A program made the position numbers and the translations under genes. DNA of 64,000 bases from an uncultured Pseudomonadales bacterium (GTDB taxonomy: Bacteria; Patescibacteriota; Microgenomatia; UBA1400; PJMF01): the NCBI GenBank assembly GCA_964633875.1, contig CAZWKL010000004.1, forward strand, positions 1,971 to 65,970, in the 5' to 3' direction. Below the pieces are notes generated by a model. The model was not told the DNA's origin. It did no database searches and saw nothing but the letters and a program-made list of their open reading frames with translations. This document shows positions 18,911 to 30,172 of this stretch, piece after piece. How positions within the stretch are numbered: position 1 is the stretch's first letter; each line of letters opens with the position of its first letter.

Positions 18911-19558
18911 ATGAGCGCAGCTAAAAAGAAACTCACTCATGAGTTTAAGTATAAAAACATTACTATTTCCGGACTGCCCGGGGCGGGTTCAACCACCTTG
19001 CTCACTTTACTTAAAGAAAATGAAGAGTTGCAGTTTGCCGGCTTTAGTGGCTTTAGTGGCGGCGAATTTATGAGAATTTATGCCAAGGAAAAAGGGCTTT
19101 TTGAAGAAAAAAGCGGCCTTCACCACGATGCCAGCCACTACGAAGATGATTTTGACCGCCAAGTAGACATGGGTATGCGCTCCAAACTGGAAAACGAAGA
19201 GGGTTGGATTATTGAATCTTGGCTGTCTGGCTTTATGGCCCAGCAAGTACCAGGGACTTTGAAAGTGCTGATGATTTGTAGCGATGACGCGGTTAGGATT
19301 GACCGGGTGGTCAATCGCGACTCAGTCAGCGCTGCAGAAGCCAAAGCCAACATGAAAGAGCGCTACAACAACAATTTTTCCAAGTGGAAAAGGTTGTACG
19401 CCCGGGAATGGCAGCAGTGGGTAGTCGAGCCGGGCACCCTGATGTCTAGCGAGCCGATTGATTTTTGGCGTAAAGAACTCTACGATATTGTTATTGATAC
19501 ATATTCGGCCAATCAACAAGAAGCCTTGCAGATAGTTTTAGATGCCATCAAGAAGTAA
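18911..19558 (+). CDS. Cytidylate kinase-like (archaeal-type) nucleotide kinase
   Basis: ITISGLPGAGSTT, FSGGEFMR, FDRQVD, IIESWLSGF, YDIVIDT. Confidence 0.75.
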   Translation: MSAAKKKLTHEFKYKNITISGLPGAGSTTLLTLLKENEELQFAGFSGFSGGEFMRIYAKEKGLFEEKSGLHHDASHYEDDFDRQVDMGMRSKLENEEGWIIESWLSGFMAQQVPGTLKVLMICSDDAVRIDRVVNRDSVSAAEAKANMKERYNNNFSKWKRLYAREWQQWVVEPGTLMSSEPIDFWRKELYDIVIDTYSANQQEALQIVLDAIKK

Positions 19559-20222
19559 AAAAAGCAAAAAAACCAGCCCTTTAGAAAAACATTTTGGCTT
19601 TTTTCCGTTGCTGACCTTGATTTTTATTTTATGGCTTTTGTACCGGAACCTTTTTCAGTTTCCGGTTTGGTTTGATGAAACAGTCGGCAAGGCTGTTTTT
19701 TTTGGCTTGCCGGTGTGGGTTTATATTGCTCTAGCCGGTTCCAAGAGCATCGCCGACACTTTTGCTCCCCACAAATTGAAAAGCGGTTTGCTTTTAGGCC
19801 TGGCGTTCGGCGGCATTTTTGGTTTTGTGGCTTCGTTGGTGGCGGTGCTGCAACGGGGTGGGGTGGTTGGACAGGTTTGGTTGTTTAGTGCAGATTTATT
19901 TTGGGGCGAGTTCATTTTGGCCATGATGACCGCTTTTTGGGAAACTTTGCTGTTTTTCAGTTTTGCCATGACAGTGATTCAGGAAAAATTCACCAAATGG
20001 AAGCCGCTTCAGCACGCTTTGCTGGCCGCGACGATCTTTTTGATTTTTCATGTTCCCAATACTGTTATCCGGTTTGACCTAAGCGCCATCGCGCCTCAAC
20101 TGGCGCTGATGTTTTTGTTTGGTTTGGGACAAGCTTATCTATTTACATCAAGAAGAAATGCTTACACCCTGATTCTCTCCCATACGATTTGGGGTATGGT
20201 TTTACTGACGCATTTTTGGTAA
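19542..20222 (+). CDS. CPBP/Abi (CAAX protease-like) membrane protein with degenerate motifs
   Basis: Polytopic; AFWETLLF, FLIFH and SHTIW align with the EExxxR, FxxxH and HxxxN motifs. Confidence 0.6.
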   Translation: MPSRSKKSKKTSPLEKHFGFFPLLTLIFILWLLYRNLFQFPVWFDETVGKAVFFGLPVWVYIALAGSKSIADTFAPHKLKSGLLLGLAFGGIFGFVASLVAVLQRGGVVGQVWLFSADLFWGEFILAMMTAFWETLLFFSFAMTVIQEKFTKWKPLQHALLAATIFLIFHVPNTVIRFDLSAIAPQLALMFLFGLGQAYLFTSRRNAYTLILSHTIWGMVLLTHFW

Positions 20223-20299
20223 TTGAATAAATATAGCCGGCTGCTTTGGCAGTTTTGGCTTTGGAAAGCATGTGATATATTCATTTTCTGATTAACAAA

Positions 20300-20818
20300 A
20301 TGACAAGTTTAAGAGTTTCAGTTTCTATTATCGGCATTATCGTTGGCATTGCCATTTTTCTTATTTCTCTGATGGCTGCCTCAGAGTTTTCTCTAGTGCG
20401 AGGACTTTCTATGAGTCAACGCAAGTTTTATTTGAGTTCGGACATTTTGCCCGATAATATTTTGTATCCGTTGGTGGCAGGCAGGGATTTACTCAGGTTG
20501 AATTTGGCAGATAACGAAGAAAAAGCGGTGCTTCAGGCGGAGTTAGCTGAAAGGCGTTTTCAGGCAGCGGCAGAATTGGTAGAAAAAGGCGAGAATGGTC
20601 TAGCCTTAATTACCCTCAGGAAAGCTCATGCTTATTTAGTTGATATTTTGGCCAGCAGTGAATTAGCGGCTAGCGAAGCTCAAGCCGAGTATTGGCGACA
20701 GACGATCCAATACAAAGTGGCAGCTATGGAAGCCATGGGCAGCGAGATGACAGTGGCCGAACGCCAAACGCTGGATGATATTATTGCCGACACTCAAGCG
20801 CTTACCCACCTTTTGTAA
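20300..20818 (+). CDS. DUF5667-like membrane-anchored protein
   Basis: TM, then ILPDNILYPL...AERRFQAA. Confidence 0.65.
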   Translation: MTSLRVSVSIIGIIVGIAIFLISLMAASEFSLVRGLSMSQRKFYLSSDILPDNILYPLVAGRDLLRLNLADNEEKAVLQAELAERRFQAAAELVEKGENGLALITLRKAHAYLVDILASSELAASEAQAEYWRQTIQYKVAAMEAMGSEMTVAERQTLDDIIADTQALTHLL

Positions 20819-20899
20819 ACTGACCAAAAATGTCCTAGTTTGTGTTAGTTGACAACCCCCCTTAGCCTGTGAGATTCTTATAACCCAGCGAATTTAAAA

Positions 20900-20947
20900 C
20901 CACAAGATATTGTGGTTTTAAGATAAGTTAACCACAATCTGTTGGTT
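20900..20947. promoter_or_regulatory. Tandem NrdR boxes
   Basis: Palindrome CCACAAGATATTGTGG at 20900-20915 and a weaker CCACAATCTGTTGGTT at 20932-20947, 32 bp apart, upstream of nrdR-nrdJ. TTGACA at 20849. Confidence 0.8.
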
Positions 20948-21026
20948 TTTTAACATACAGCAAGTAAAGTAGTGTTAATTGCACACATTATGTTGAGGTT
21001 TGCAAGCTGGCTGGAGAACAAAAGAG

Positions 21027-21497
21027 ATGAAATGTGCCTATTGCGGACATACCGAAACTAATGTTATTGACTCCAGGGTCAGTGATGACCAAACGGCCAT
21101 CAGGCGCCGGCGTGTCTGTCTGGAATGCGACAAAAGGTTCACGACTTACGAAAGAATCGAAGGCATCGAGCTGAAAGTAGTGAAAAAATCGGGTGAGCGC
21201 GAAGATTTCAGCCGCGACAAGTTGAGACGCGGCATTGTCAAGGCCACCTGGAAAAGACCGGTTTCGATGGCAGAGATCGAGGAATTGATAGATGAAGTCG
21301 AGCGGCGCCTGCGCCAGAAAAAAGGCAACGAAGTGAAAAGCTGGGAGATCGGCAACTTGGTGATCAACCGGCTGCGGAAAATGGACAAACTTTCTTACCT
21401 GCTCTTTGCCAGCGTCTACCGCGATTTCAGCAGCCTGGAAGATTTTGAAGAAGAATTAAAAAAATTAGTAACAGATAAAACAGAGGAGAAGCTTTAA
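21027..21497 (+). CDS. nrdR: Transcriptional repressor NrdR
   Basis: CxxC...VIDSR...RRRRVCxxC...RFTTYE zinc ribbon plus ATP-cone (VVKKSG, FASVYRDF). Confidence 0.97.
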   Translation: MKCAYCGHTETNVIDSRVSDDQTAIRRRRVCLECDKRFTTYERIEGIELKVVKKSGEREDFSRDKLRRGIVKATWKRPVSMAEIEELIDEVERRLRQKKGNEVKSWEIGNLVINRLRKMDKLSYLLFASVYRDFSSLEDFEEELKKLVTDKTEEKL

Positions 21498-23716
21498 TGC
21501 CAGACACAAAATTGCCTAAACAGAAAATGCGGTTTTCCAAAAGAAACCTCGATCCTGGCATGGGCAAGGCAGTGGCTCGCAGAACCTACCTCAGGAAGAT
21601 TGTCAATGAAAAAACTGGTCGCGAAAGGTGGGAAACTTGGCAAGAAGTGGCAGACAGGGTAGCAAAAGGCAATACTGCTCTGCTCAAAAATTTCAAAGGT
21701 TTGGGCAGAAAGCACCAAGAGGAAGAGTACGAAATTCTCAAGAAACACATCAACAATGCTTCAATGCTGATGTCCGGCCGGCACTTGCAGCACGGCGATG
21801 AGACTCAGCCCGAGCGCAACATGGAGGTTTTCACCAACTGCAGCACCGCCTCGGCTTCGTACGTGGTTTTTTATCTGCTGATGAACGGCTCGGGTGTGGG
21901 CCGCGCCTACGACGACGACATGTGTGTGGTGGACTGGGACAACATGCCCAACGTCCGCTGCGTTATTTCCGACGACCACGCTGATTTTGAGTGGGGCTTT
22001 GATGAGAGTGTCCGCGATGCCGAGCACAAGTACGGCAGCGGTGATGGCATTCACTGGTATCATGTGCCTGATACCCGAGAGGGCTGGGCGCAGGCGATTG
22101 AGATGATGGAAGTTATGGCTTATGAGAAGAAGTACAAAAATGAGCTGTTGATTCTGGATTTTTCTAAGGTCCGGCCGAAAGGCTCGCCGATTCGCGGCAT
22201 GCAAAACCGGCCGGCTTCAGGGCCTAAACCACTGATGAACGCCATTGACAAAGTAGCGACCATTAAGGGCGCTGGCATGTCGCCTTGGAAGCAAGCAATT
22301 TTTGTGGATCATTATTTGGCGGAGTGTGTGTTGGTGGGTGGAGCCAGACGCAGCGCCAGGATTGCCACCAAAAACTGGACCGATCCGGAAGTTTTCGATT
22401 TCATCAATATTAAGCGCGGCGGTTTTCTCTGGAGCGCCAACAACTCAGTCACTGTTGATGAAAAGTTCTGGAAGCAGCGTAGTAAACACTCCCAGAAAGT
22501 TTTGGAGGCTATCCTCAGGGCCAGCTACGATGACGGCACCGGTGAGCCGGGCTTCATCAACCAGCACAAGTTGGTGCAAAATGATGACGGTTACGACGAT
22601 TACCTGGATGGCAAGTACGCTGAAAGCGAAAAGTATCAGCCGCTGGAGCGCTCGAGAAAAATGCTCACACACATTGCCAGAAATGCCGGCGCCAAGATTT
22701 ATGCTCAGATTCCCAACCCTTGCGGGGAAATTTCCCTCAACATGCTGGGCGGCTACTGTGTCATTGGCGATGTGGTGCCCTACTTTGCCCCCTCTCTTGA
22801 CGACGCTGAGGAGGCTTACCGGGCCATGACTCGCGCTTTGATTAGGGTCAACTCCATGGACTGTCTGTACTCGCGCGAAGTCAAGCGTACCAACCGGATT
22901 GGCGTGGGCATGACCGGTATTCATGAATTTGCCTGGAATCATTTTGGTTACTCTTTCCGTGATTTGATTGACGAAGAAAAATCTCAGGATTTCTGGCTGA
23001 CCCTGGCTCGTTTTAAGCGGGCGGTGGTGGAAGAGGCGGAGGAATACTCCAAGAGGCTGGGTGTTAATGTGCCACACACCAACACTACCATCAAGCCTTC
23101 TGGCACGGTTTCCAAGCTCTTTGCCTTGACGGAAGGCGCTCACTTGCCGAGTATGCGTGAGTACATCCGCTGGGTGCAGTACCGCAGTGATGATCCTCAG
23201 ATAGAAAAGTACCGGGAGTTGGGTTATCCGATCAAAGAACTGAAAAGTTATCAAGGCACTACCGCTATTGGTTTTCCGACGCAGCCAATGATCTGCAAAC
23301 TGGGCATGCAAAACAAGTTAGTGACTGCCGCCGAAGCCACCCCCGAGGAACAGTTTAAGTGGCTGATGCTCTTGGAAAAATACTGGATTATCGGTGTGGA
23401 TGAAAGCGGCAAGGCTCTTGAGGAAGATACCGGTAACCAGGTTTCTTACACGCTCAAGTATGACCCGGAAAAAATTACTTTCAAAGAGTACGCTCAAATG
23501 GTCAAGAAATATCAGCATCAGATCAAAGTTTGCAGCGTCATGCCGCAGCAGGATGCTACCGCTTACGAGTACCAGCCGGAGCAGCCGGTAACGATTTCCG
23601 AGTTTATGCGGGTGCTTAATGAAATTGAGAAGAACGGCGGCATTGAGAAAGGCACGGTTGAGGAGGACATTGATTTCGAGCACTTGAAGTGCGAGAGCGG
23701 GGCTTGTCCGATCTAG
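21497..23716 (+). CDS. nrdJ: Class II (adenosylcobalamin-dependent), monomeric-type ribonucleotide reductase
   Basis: FTNCS, GSGVG, VGGARRSA, NPCGEI, TIKPSGTVS and C-terminal CESGACPI; no nrdB/F or nrdG nearby. Confidence 0.88.
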   Translation: MPDTKLPKQKMRFSKRNLDPGMGKAVARRTYLRKIVNEKTGRERWETWQEVADRVAKGNTALLKNFKGLGRKHQEEEYEILKKHINNASMLMSGRHLQHGDETQPERNMEVFTNCSTASASYVVFYLLMNGSGVGRAYDDDMCVVDWDNMPNVRCVISDDHADFEWGFDESVRDAEHKYGSGDGIHWYHVPDTREGWAQAIEMMEVMAYEKKYKNELLILDFSKVRPKGSPIRGMQNRPASGPKPLMNAIDKVATIKGAGMSPWKQAIFVDHYLAECVLVGGARRSARIATKNWTDPEVFDFINIKRGGFLWSANNSVTVDEKFWKQRSKHSQKVLEAILRASYDDGTGEPGFINQHKLVQNDDGYDDYLDGKYAESEKYQPLERSRKMLTHIARNAGAKIYAQIPNPCGEISLNMLGGYCVIGDVVPYFAPSLDDAEEAYRAMTRALIRVNSMDCLYSREVKRTNRIGVGMTGIHEFAWNHFGYSFRDLIDEEKSQDFWLTLARFKRAVVEEAEEYSKRLGVNVPHTNTTIKPSGTVSKLFALTEGAHLPSMREYIRWVQYRSDDPQIEKYRELGYPIKELKSYQGTTAIGFPTQPMICKLGMQNKLVTAAEATPEEQFKWLMLLEKYWIIGVDESGKALEEDTGNQVSYTLKYDPEKITFKEYAQMVKKYQHQIKVCSVMPQQDATAYEYQPEQPVTISEFMRVLNEIEKNGGIEKGTVEEDIDFEHLKCESGACPI

Positions 23717-23738
23717 GGATAGGTTGAGTTTGAAAGTG

Positions 23739-23770
23739 GGCAGCCGGGAAAAATTCCCGGCCGCCTTGTT
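23739..23770. terminator. Hairpin between convergent nrdJ and tsaD
   Basis: GGCAGCCGGGAA AAA TTCCCGGCCGCC followed by TTGTT. Confidence 0.6.
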
Positions 23771-23772
23771 AT

Positions 23773-24900
23773 TTATTGCTCACCAATTTCCCACCGCGGC
23801 CGGCGGTCCAGCTCGCCTGCATCCTTCACCACCTCCCCGCGCTCCAATTTAAACGCCGCCACTACTCCAATCATGGCTGCGTTGTCCATAGTCAGCCGGG
23901 CAGTGTAGGGAGCGCGAAAGCGAATGTTCGGGTAATCAGCTTTGCCTTTTTTACGTTCAGTCTTCACAAAATCTGACAGCGTTTTTTTGATCATTTTCCG
24001 AAGTTCCTGGTTGGCAGCTACGCCTCCGCCAAGCCAAACCTCTCGCACGCTTACATCCTGAATAATTTTGTTCAATTTATAAGTAATATGCCTAAAGACC
24101 GCATTTTGTGCCGATGCACAGAAATGATATAAATCAGACCGAGAGAGGCTCTCAACCCCGCCCAAATCCCGAATTAGGTTTCGGGCATAAGTTTTCAATC
24201 CCGAGAAGCTCAAATTGTAATCATGGGTTTGAGTTAGTGGCAAGGGAAACTTGAAGTGGTTCGGGTTTCCCTGTTTGGCAAAATGCTCAATAATTGGTCC
24301 AGCCGGATAGCCTAAATTAAGCATTCGGCCGATCTTGTCCAAGCACTCGCCGGCTGCGTCATCCAAGGTTTTGCCCACTACAGTATAAGTGCCGATCTCA
24401 TCAAAAACTATAAACTCTGTATGTCCGCCAGACACCACCACCGAAAGCACCGGAAAAACGATCTCGCGGCGCTGGTTGTTCAAGCTCAGGTTGATGCTAC
24501 TCCGACGCTTAGCTTGAGCTAGCGGTGAAAGAGCATGGGCTTCGATGTGATTAACGGCGATGAGCGGTAGTTTGTGAGTTTTGGCCATGTTTTTAGCATG
24601 AATAATCCCCACTTCCAAAGCCGGTGCCAGCCCGGGACCTTGAGTGACAGCCACCGCGGCTAGCCTGCCTTTGGCCAACTTGTCAGTACCGACGCCTGCC
24701 CGTTTCAGTGCCAGCTCCACTACTCGCTCGATATTTTCCTGATGCGCCTGTTTAGCCACTGTCGGAAAAACGCCGCCGTATGGTCGGTGCAGCTCGGTTT
24801 GCGAAGCAATGACGTTGGAAAGCACTGTCGTGCCGTGAATCACCGCAGCGGCGGTGTCATCGCAGGAGGTGTCGATAGCCAAAATTAGTTTATCGTTCAT
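23773..24900 (-). CDS. tsaD: tRNA threonylcarbamoyltransferase TsaD
   Basis: LAIDTSCDDT, GPGL, HIEAH, VSGGHT, DDAAGE, GGVAAN, DNAAMIG. Confidence 0.96.
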   Translation of the reverse strand: MNDKLILAIDTSCDDTAAAVIHGTTVLSNVIASQTELHRPYGGVFPTVAKQAHQENIERVVELALKRAGVGTDKLAKGRLAAVAVTQGPGLAPALEVGIIHAKNMAKTHKLPLIAVNHIEAHALSPLAQAKRRSSINLSLNNQRREIVFPVLSVVVSGGHTEFIVFDEIGTYTVVGKTLDDAAGECLDKIGRMLNLGYPAGPIIEHFAKQGNPNHFKFPLPLTQTHDYNLSFSGLKTYARNLIRDLGGVESLSRSDLYHFCASAQNAVFRHITYKLNKIIQDVSVREVWLGGGVAANQELRKMIKKTLSDFVKTERKKGKADYPNIRFRAPYTARLTMDNAAMIGVVAAFKLERGEVVKDAGELDRRPRWEIGEQ

Positions 24901-26011
24901 ATTCCTCCGTAATCAGTAGTTCCCGGGCGTTGACTTGCTCTGCCTCAGAATCCTTAATTTGCACTTTAATAGCCGGCAGGTTTAACTTTGTCATCACTGG
25001 TGTTAACCATGGTTCAACTTGACTGTACCACTCAATAGCCAGGACGTTGTTGGGTTGTAGCAACTCAGTGACTCTCAGCCGCTCCAACTCGGCTTGGCTT
25101 TCGACTTTCCACATGTCTAAGTGATAAAATTGGCCAGTTGTCTGGTGACGCTGAAAACCATACTCCTCAAGATATGTATAAGTCGGCGAAGTAATATTTT
25201 CCTTAATCCCCAAAAACTCCGCCACGCCCTTAGCAAAAACCGTTTTCCCTGCTCCCAGCGGGCCTTCCAACCCAATCACCAGACCGGTCTGCTTTACCAT
25301 GTCCCAATTTTTCAGCAAAATTCTACCAGCAATGCTTTTGGTTTCTTCCTCAGAGCCAGACGTCAGCACATAATCAGCCTCAGCCTCCGGAACCAGTTTT
25401 CTTTCAGCCAGTTCACCGCCCCGCAAAGTTACCGGTGTAGACAAAGTCGTATCAATCACCGTGCTCGGCTCATTCTTCGGCAACTCACCAGCATCAATAA
25501 TCAAATCAATCAAGCTTTTTTGCTTTTCAGAAAGATTAGCCAAAATGTCGCTAACTTGGTAAGGGCGCTTTCTACCAGACGCATTAGCCGAAGTCGCAGT
25601 AACCGGTCGGCCAAACGCCCGTACTAACTGCCGCACCAGCGGATAATCAGGAATCCGCACTCCCAGATTACCAAACTCCGAAGCCACGTCCTCAGCCACC
25701 AAGCCCTTACTTTTAGACACCACCGTAATCGGCCCAGGCATAAACTGGGCATACAAAGCCCGCGCTTGCTCATTTAGCTCTACATACTCGCTGGCCATAA
25801 CTTCATCAGCCACCGCCATAGATAGCGGCTTGCCTTCCCGCCTGGACTTATAGCTCAACAACTTTGCCACCGCCGCCTCATTAGTCACATCCACCCCTAC
25901 CCCGTACACGGTTTCAGTGGGATAAATCACCAGGCCGCCTTGACTCAAAACCGCCGCCGCCCGCTTGACAATTTCCTCAGTTGTTGTATTCTGGGTCTTC
26001 ACAATTTTCAT
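24890..26011 (-). CDS. Fused TsaC (YrdC/Sua5) - TsaE ATPase
   Basis: N-terminal YPTETVYG, KxR...KPL, GVRIP, TSAN, PSTVID; C-terminal GPLGAGKT, TSPTY, HLD, IEW. Confidence 0.92.
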   Translation of the reverse strand: MKIVKTQNTTTEEIVKRAAAVLSQGGLVIYPTETVYGVGVDVTNEAAVAKLLSYKSRREGKPLSMAVADEVMASEYVELNEQARALYAQFMPGPITVVSKSKGLVAEDVASEFGNLGVRIPDYPLVRQLVRAFGRPVTATSANASGRKRPYQVSDILANLSEKQKSLIDLIIDAGELPKNEPSTVIDTTLSTPVTLRGGELAERKLVPEAEADYVLTSGSEEETKSIAGRILLKNWDMVKQTGLVIGLEGPLGAGKTVFAKGVAEFLGIKENITSPTYTYLEEYGFQRHQTTGQFYHLDMWKVESQAELERLRVTELLQPNNVLAIEWYSQVEPWLTPVMTKLNLPAIKVQIKDSEAEQVNARELLITEEYER

Positions 26012-26073
26012 AGCGCTCAAGTATTATATCAGTCAAGTGAGTTTGCAAAGAAAAAAAAGGAAAACAGCTGATT

Positions 26074-26412
26074 ATGGGAGCAAAAAACTCTGCGTTCTTA
26101 GGTTCTGAAACCTCAGTGCATACAACCAAATTTAACATTTTTCTTAAAACCCATGAAATCAAGCAAGTTAACAAAGCCCTTAAGAGCGTTTTGTTGATGT
26201 CCAGAAACGAACGGGAAGAATGGTTGGCTGAGAACGGCGAAATCGTCCAGACCGCTTTCGACTCCTTTATCGATGACTCCAACTTGGTGCTGGAAAGTCT
26301 CACTTTCGACGAAGATTTGGCCGAAATGTCACAAGAACTGATTCTTTCTCTGCAAAACACCATGGAAATAGTCAACTCAATCCTAGGCGAAGAACAAGTA
26401 TTAGATAGCTGA
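26074..26412 (+). CDS. Acidic helical hypothetical protein
   Basis: 112-aa ORF filling the intergenic space; no motif recognised. Confidence 0.6.
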   Translation: MGAKNSAFLGSETSVHTTKFNIFLKTHEIKQVNKALKSVLLMSRNEREEWLAENGEIVQTAFDSFIDDSNLVLESLTFDEDLAEMSQELILSLQNTMEIVNSILGEEQVLDS

Positions 26413-26473
26413 AAAGATAGTTAAAAGACAGTCACACTTCTTTTTTTGGCTTATACCCTTTACAATACCAAGT

Positions 26474-27130
26474 ATGGAATTCGATCGCTTAGTAGTTTCT
26501 TTTTTAGTTGATGAAGTTGTGGGTGGCTTTTTTATTTCCGTGCCGCCAGGACACGTGGCTTGTGTTTATGACCGCGGCCGGGGCGTGCTGCCCCGAGTTT
26601 GGGGACCAGGCCTGCATTTCAAGATTCCTTTTTGGCAGGTAGCCAAACTTTTCAACGCCCAAATCCTCGAGTATTCTATCCGCGAAGGTTTTGACGCGGA
26701 CAAAAACAAAGAAGCCCTGGGAGATATGCCCATTCGCACCGCTACCAGAGATGGCAAAGATATTGCCGTGGAAGGCTCGGTTTTGTTCCGTATCGACCGC
26801 AATAACGCTCCGGAACTCTGGGAAAACATTGGTGAGAGCGTGGTTTCCAAGGTGGTCAGGCCATTTTCCCGTAGCAGTATTGCCCGGATTTTTTCCGATT
26901 TGGATTTAGAGCAGATTATCCACAACCGCAACCAAGTAGAAGCGGTAGTTCAAGAGGAGTTACAGCATCATTTTCAGGATCGCGGTCTGGAGTGTGAGGG
27001 CTTTTTGCTTTCTCAGGTGAGAGTGATTCGCAGTGGTGGTTATGAGGAAGTGGTGGTGAACCCCAGCCCGCAAGAGCCAATTCAAGAAAACAACCACGAT
27101 CTTCCTGAAGACTCGACCCAGCTTCATTAG
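26474..27130 (+). CDS. SPFH/prohibitin (Band 7) domain protein
   Basis: VPPGHV...GPGLHFKIPFWQ...TRDG...SVLFRID. Confidence 0.85.
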   Translation: MEFDRLVVSFLVDEVVGGFFISVPPGHVACVYDRGRGVLPRVWGPGLHFKIPFWQVAKLFNAQILEYSIREGFDADKNKEALGDMPIRTATRDGKDIAVEGSVLFRIDRNNAPELWENIGESVVSKVVRPFSRSSIARIFSDLDLEQIIHNRNQVEAVVQEELQHHFQDRGLECEGFLLSQVRVIRSGGYEEVVVNPSPQEPIQENNHDLPEDSTQLH

Positions 27131-27187
27131 TTTTTAGTTTTTGCCTGCCCAAGTTCTGCCTGGAAATGAAAGACAGAAAACAAACGG

Positions 27188-27224
27188 TTGACACTCTTTA
27201 GCAGTCTTTGTAAGATACTGCCAG
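27188..27224 (+). promoter_or_regulatory. groESL sigma70 promoter overlapped by a variant CIRCE
   Basis: TTGACA (27188)-17 bp-TAAGAT (27211); TTAGCAGTC-N9-TACTGCCAG at 27198-27224. Confidence 0.75.
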
Positions 27225-27282
27225 CAACCAACTTTTGACTTAGCTCAAGTATTTTAAGTACCAATAATCGCGAAAGGATCAT

Positions 27283-29266
<1,984 letters not shown>

Positions 29267-29268
29267 TT

Positions 29269-29514
29269 CAAATAGCACGCAGTGTTCCAGAGACGCTTGG
29301 CACCTTCACCAAGCTGCACTGAACTGCTTCCGCATTCCTGCTAGTGATTTTAGTAGAGAAAGTCAGCAGTTCAGAGCCTCTTTTAACACTGCGTGCTATT
29401 TGCATAATCGCAGCCGGCAACACCGGCTTGCTTGAGCCGCCTCCACAGAATTGCTCTTAGTTCTAGCAGTGCTGTCGGCGTCTCAAAGCCTCCTTTTAGA
29501 ATGAGTGGGCTTTT
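29269..29514. other. Multi-hairpin element (candidate structured ncRNA or MITE/REP-like repeat)
   Basis: Perfect 18-bp inverted repeat (29269-29286 / 29385-29402) enclosing nested stems, followed by three further hairpins. Confidence 0.55.
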
Positions 29515-29579
29515 CATGTTTGGTGGCAGCACTAAGCTTCCTAAATAATTAGTAACCGATTTTTATGAGTAGAGCCTTT

Positions 29580-30161
29580 TCACTGAGCAATCGCAAAATA
29601 ATTGAGCTTCACACCGGGACCGGTTTGCCGGTAAGAGTAATAATCGGGGTGTTCAAGAGTGCAGATTTCTTCTATTTTCAACGAAACAGATTCCGACGGA
29701 AAGACTTTTGCCAATTGCTGAAGATTTTCTTGGATCATGTCATAGTGAAGGTCTGTTTGCCTGTCTATCTGGTAGCAACTTTTGCAAATAGCCGGCCCAA
29801 ACCAAACTTTCAAGCCTGAACGCACTGCAAACTTTTCTCGAACCAGCCGCAGCGCCTTGTAAAAAACTCTTTTTTTAGTCCCTTTTCTGCCGGCATGGAT
29901 AGCGCCGATCAGTCCGCTCTCATGATGAAGCAAGATCGGTAAACAATCGGCAGTTCTAATCAGCAAACCAACCCCAGGCTGATTACTCAGAACCCCATCA
30001 ACTTGCGGAATTTTTTGGCTGGGAATCTGGCCAAGGTCAGTAATAACCGCCACCGAACTACCATGCACCTGCTCCAGCTCAACCATTTGCAGATTTTTCC
30101 AGGGTTTTTGAGATATTAACTCGTCGAGGGAAGATTGGGCATTAGTGAAGGCAATTTTCAT
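29580..30161 (-). CDS. YfiH/PgeF family (laccase-domain, nucleoside phosphorylase-like) protein
   Basis: EQVHG, TADCLPILL, AIHAG, GPAIC, YYSYR. The true start is 30161; the longer ORF runs into the tRNA. Confidence 0.85.
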   Translation of the reverse strand: MKIAFTNAQSSLDELISQKPWKNLQMVELEQVHGSSVAVITDLGQIPSQKIPQVDGVLSNQPGVGLLIRTADCLPILLHHESGLIGAIHAGRKGTKKRVFYKALRLVREKFAVRSGLKVWFGPAICKSCYQIDRQTDLHYDMIQENLQQLAKVFPSESVSLKIEEICTLEHPDYYSYRQTGPGVKLNYFAIAQ

Positions 30162-30172
30162 GTCGAGTATTG

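Noticed and set aside
20819-21026. Cobalamin riboswitch upstream of nrdR-nrdJ
   Set aside because: The region is AT-rich, has no B12-box, and is explained by NrdR boxes.
29310-29345. SRP RNA (minus strand CAGG...GGAA...GCAG)
   Set aside because: The spacing does not fit the CAGG-NNN-GGAA-NNN-AGCA domain IV, and these bases pair elsewhere in the hairpin.
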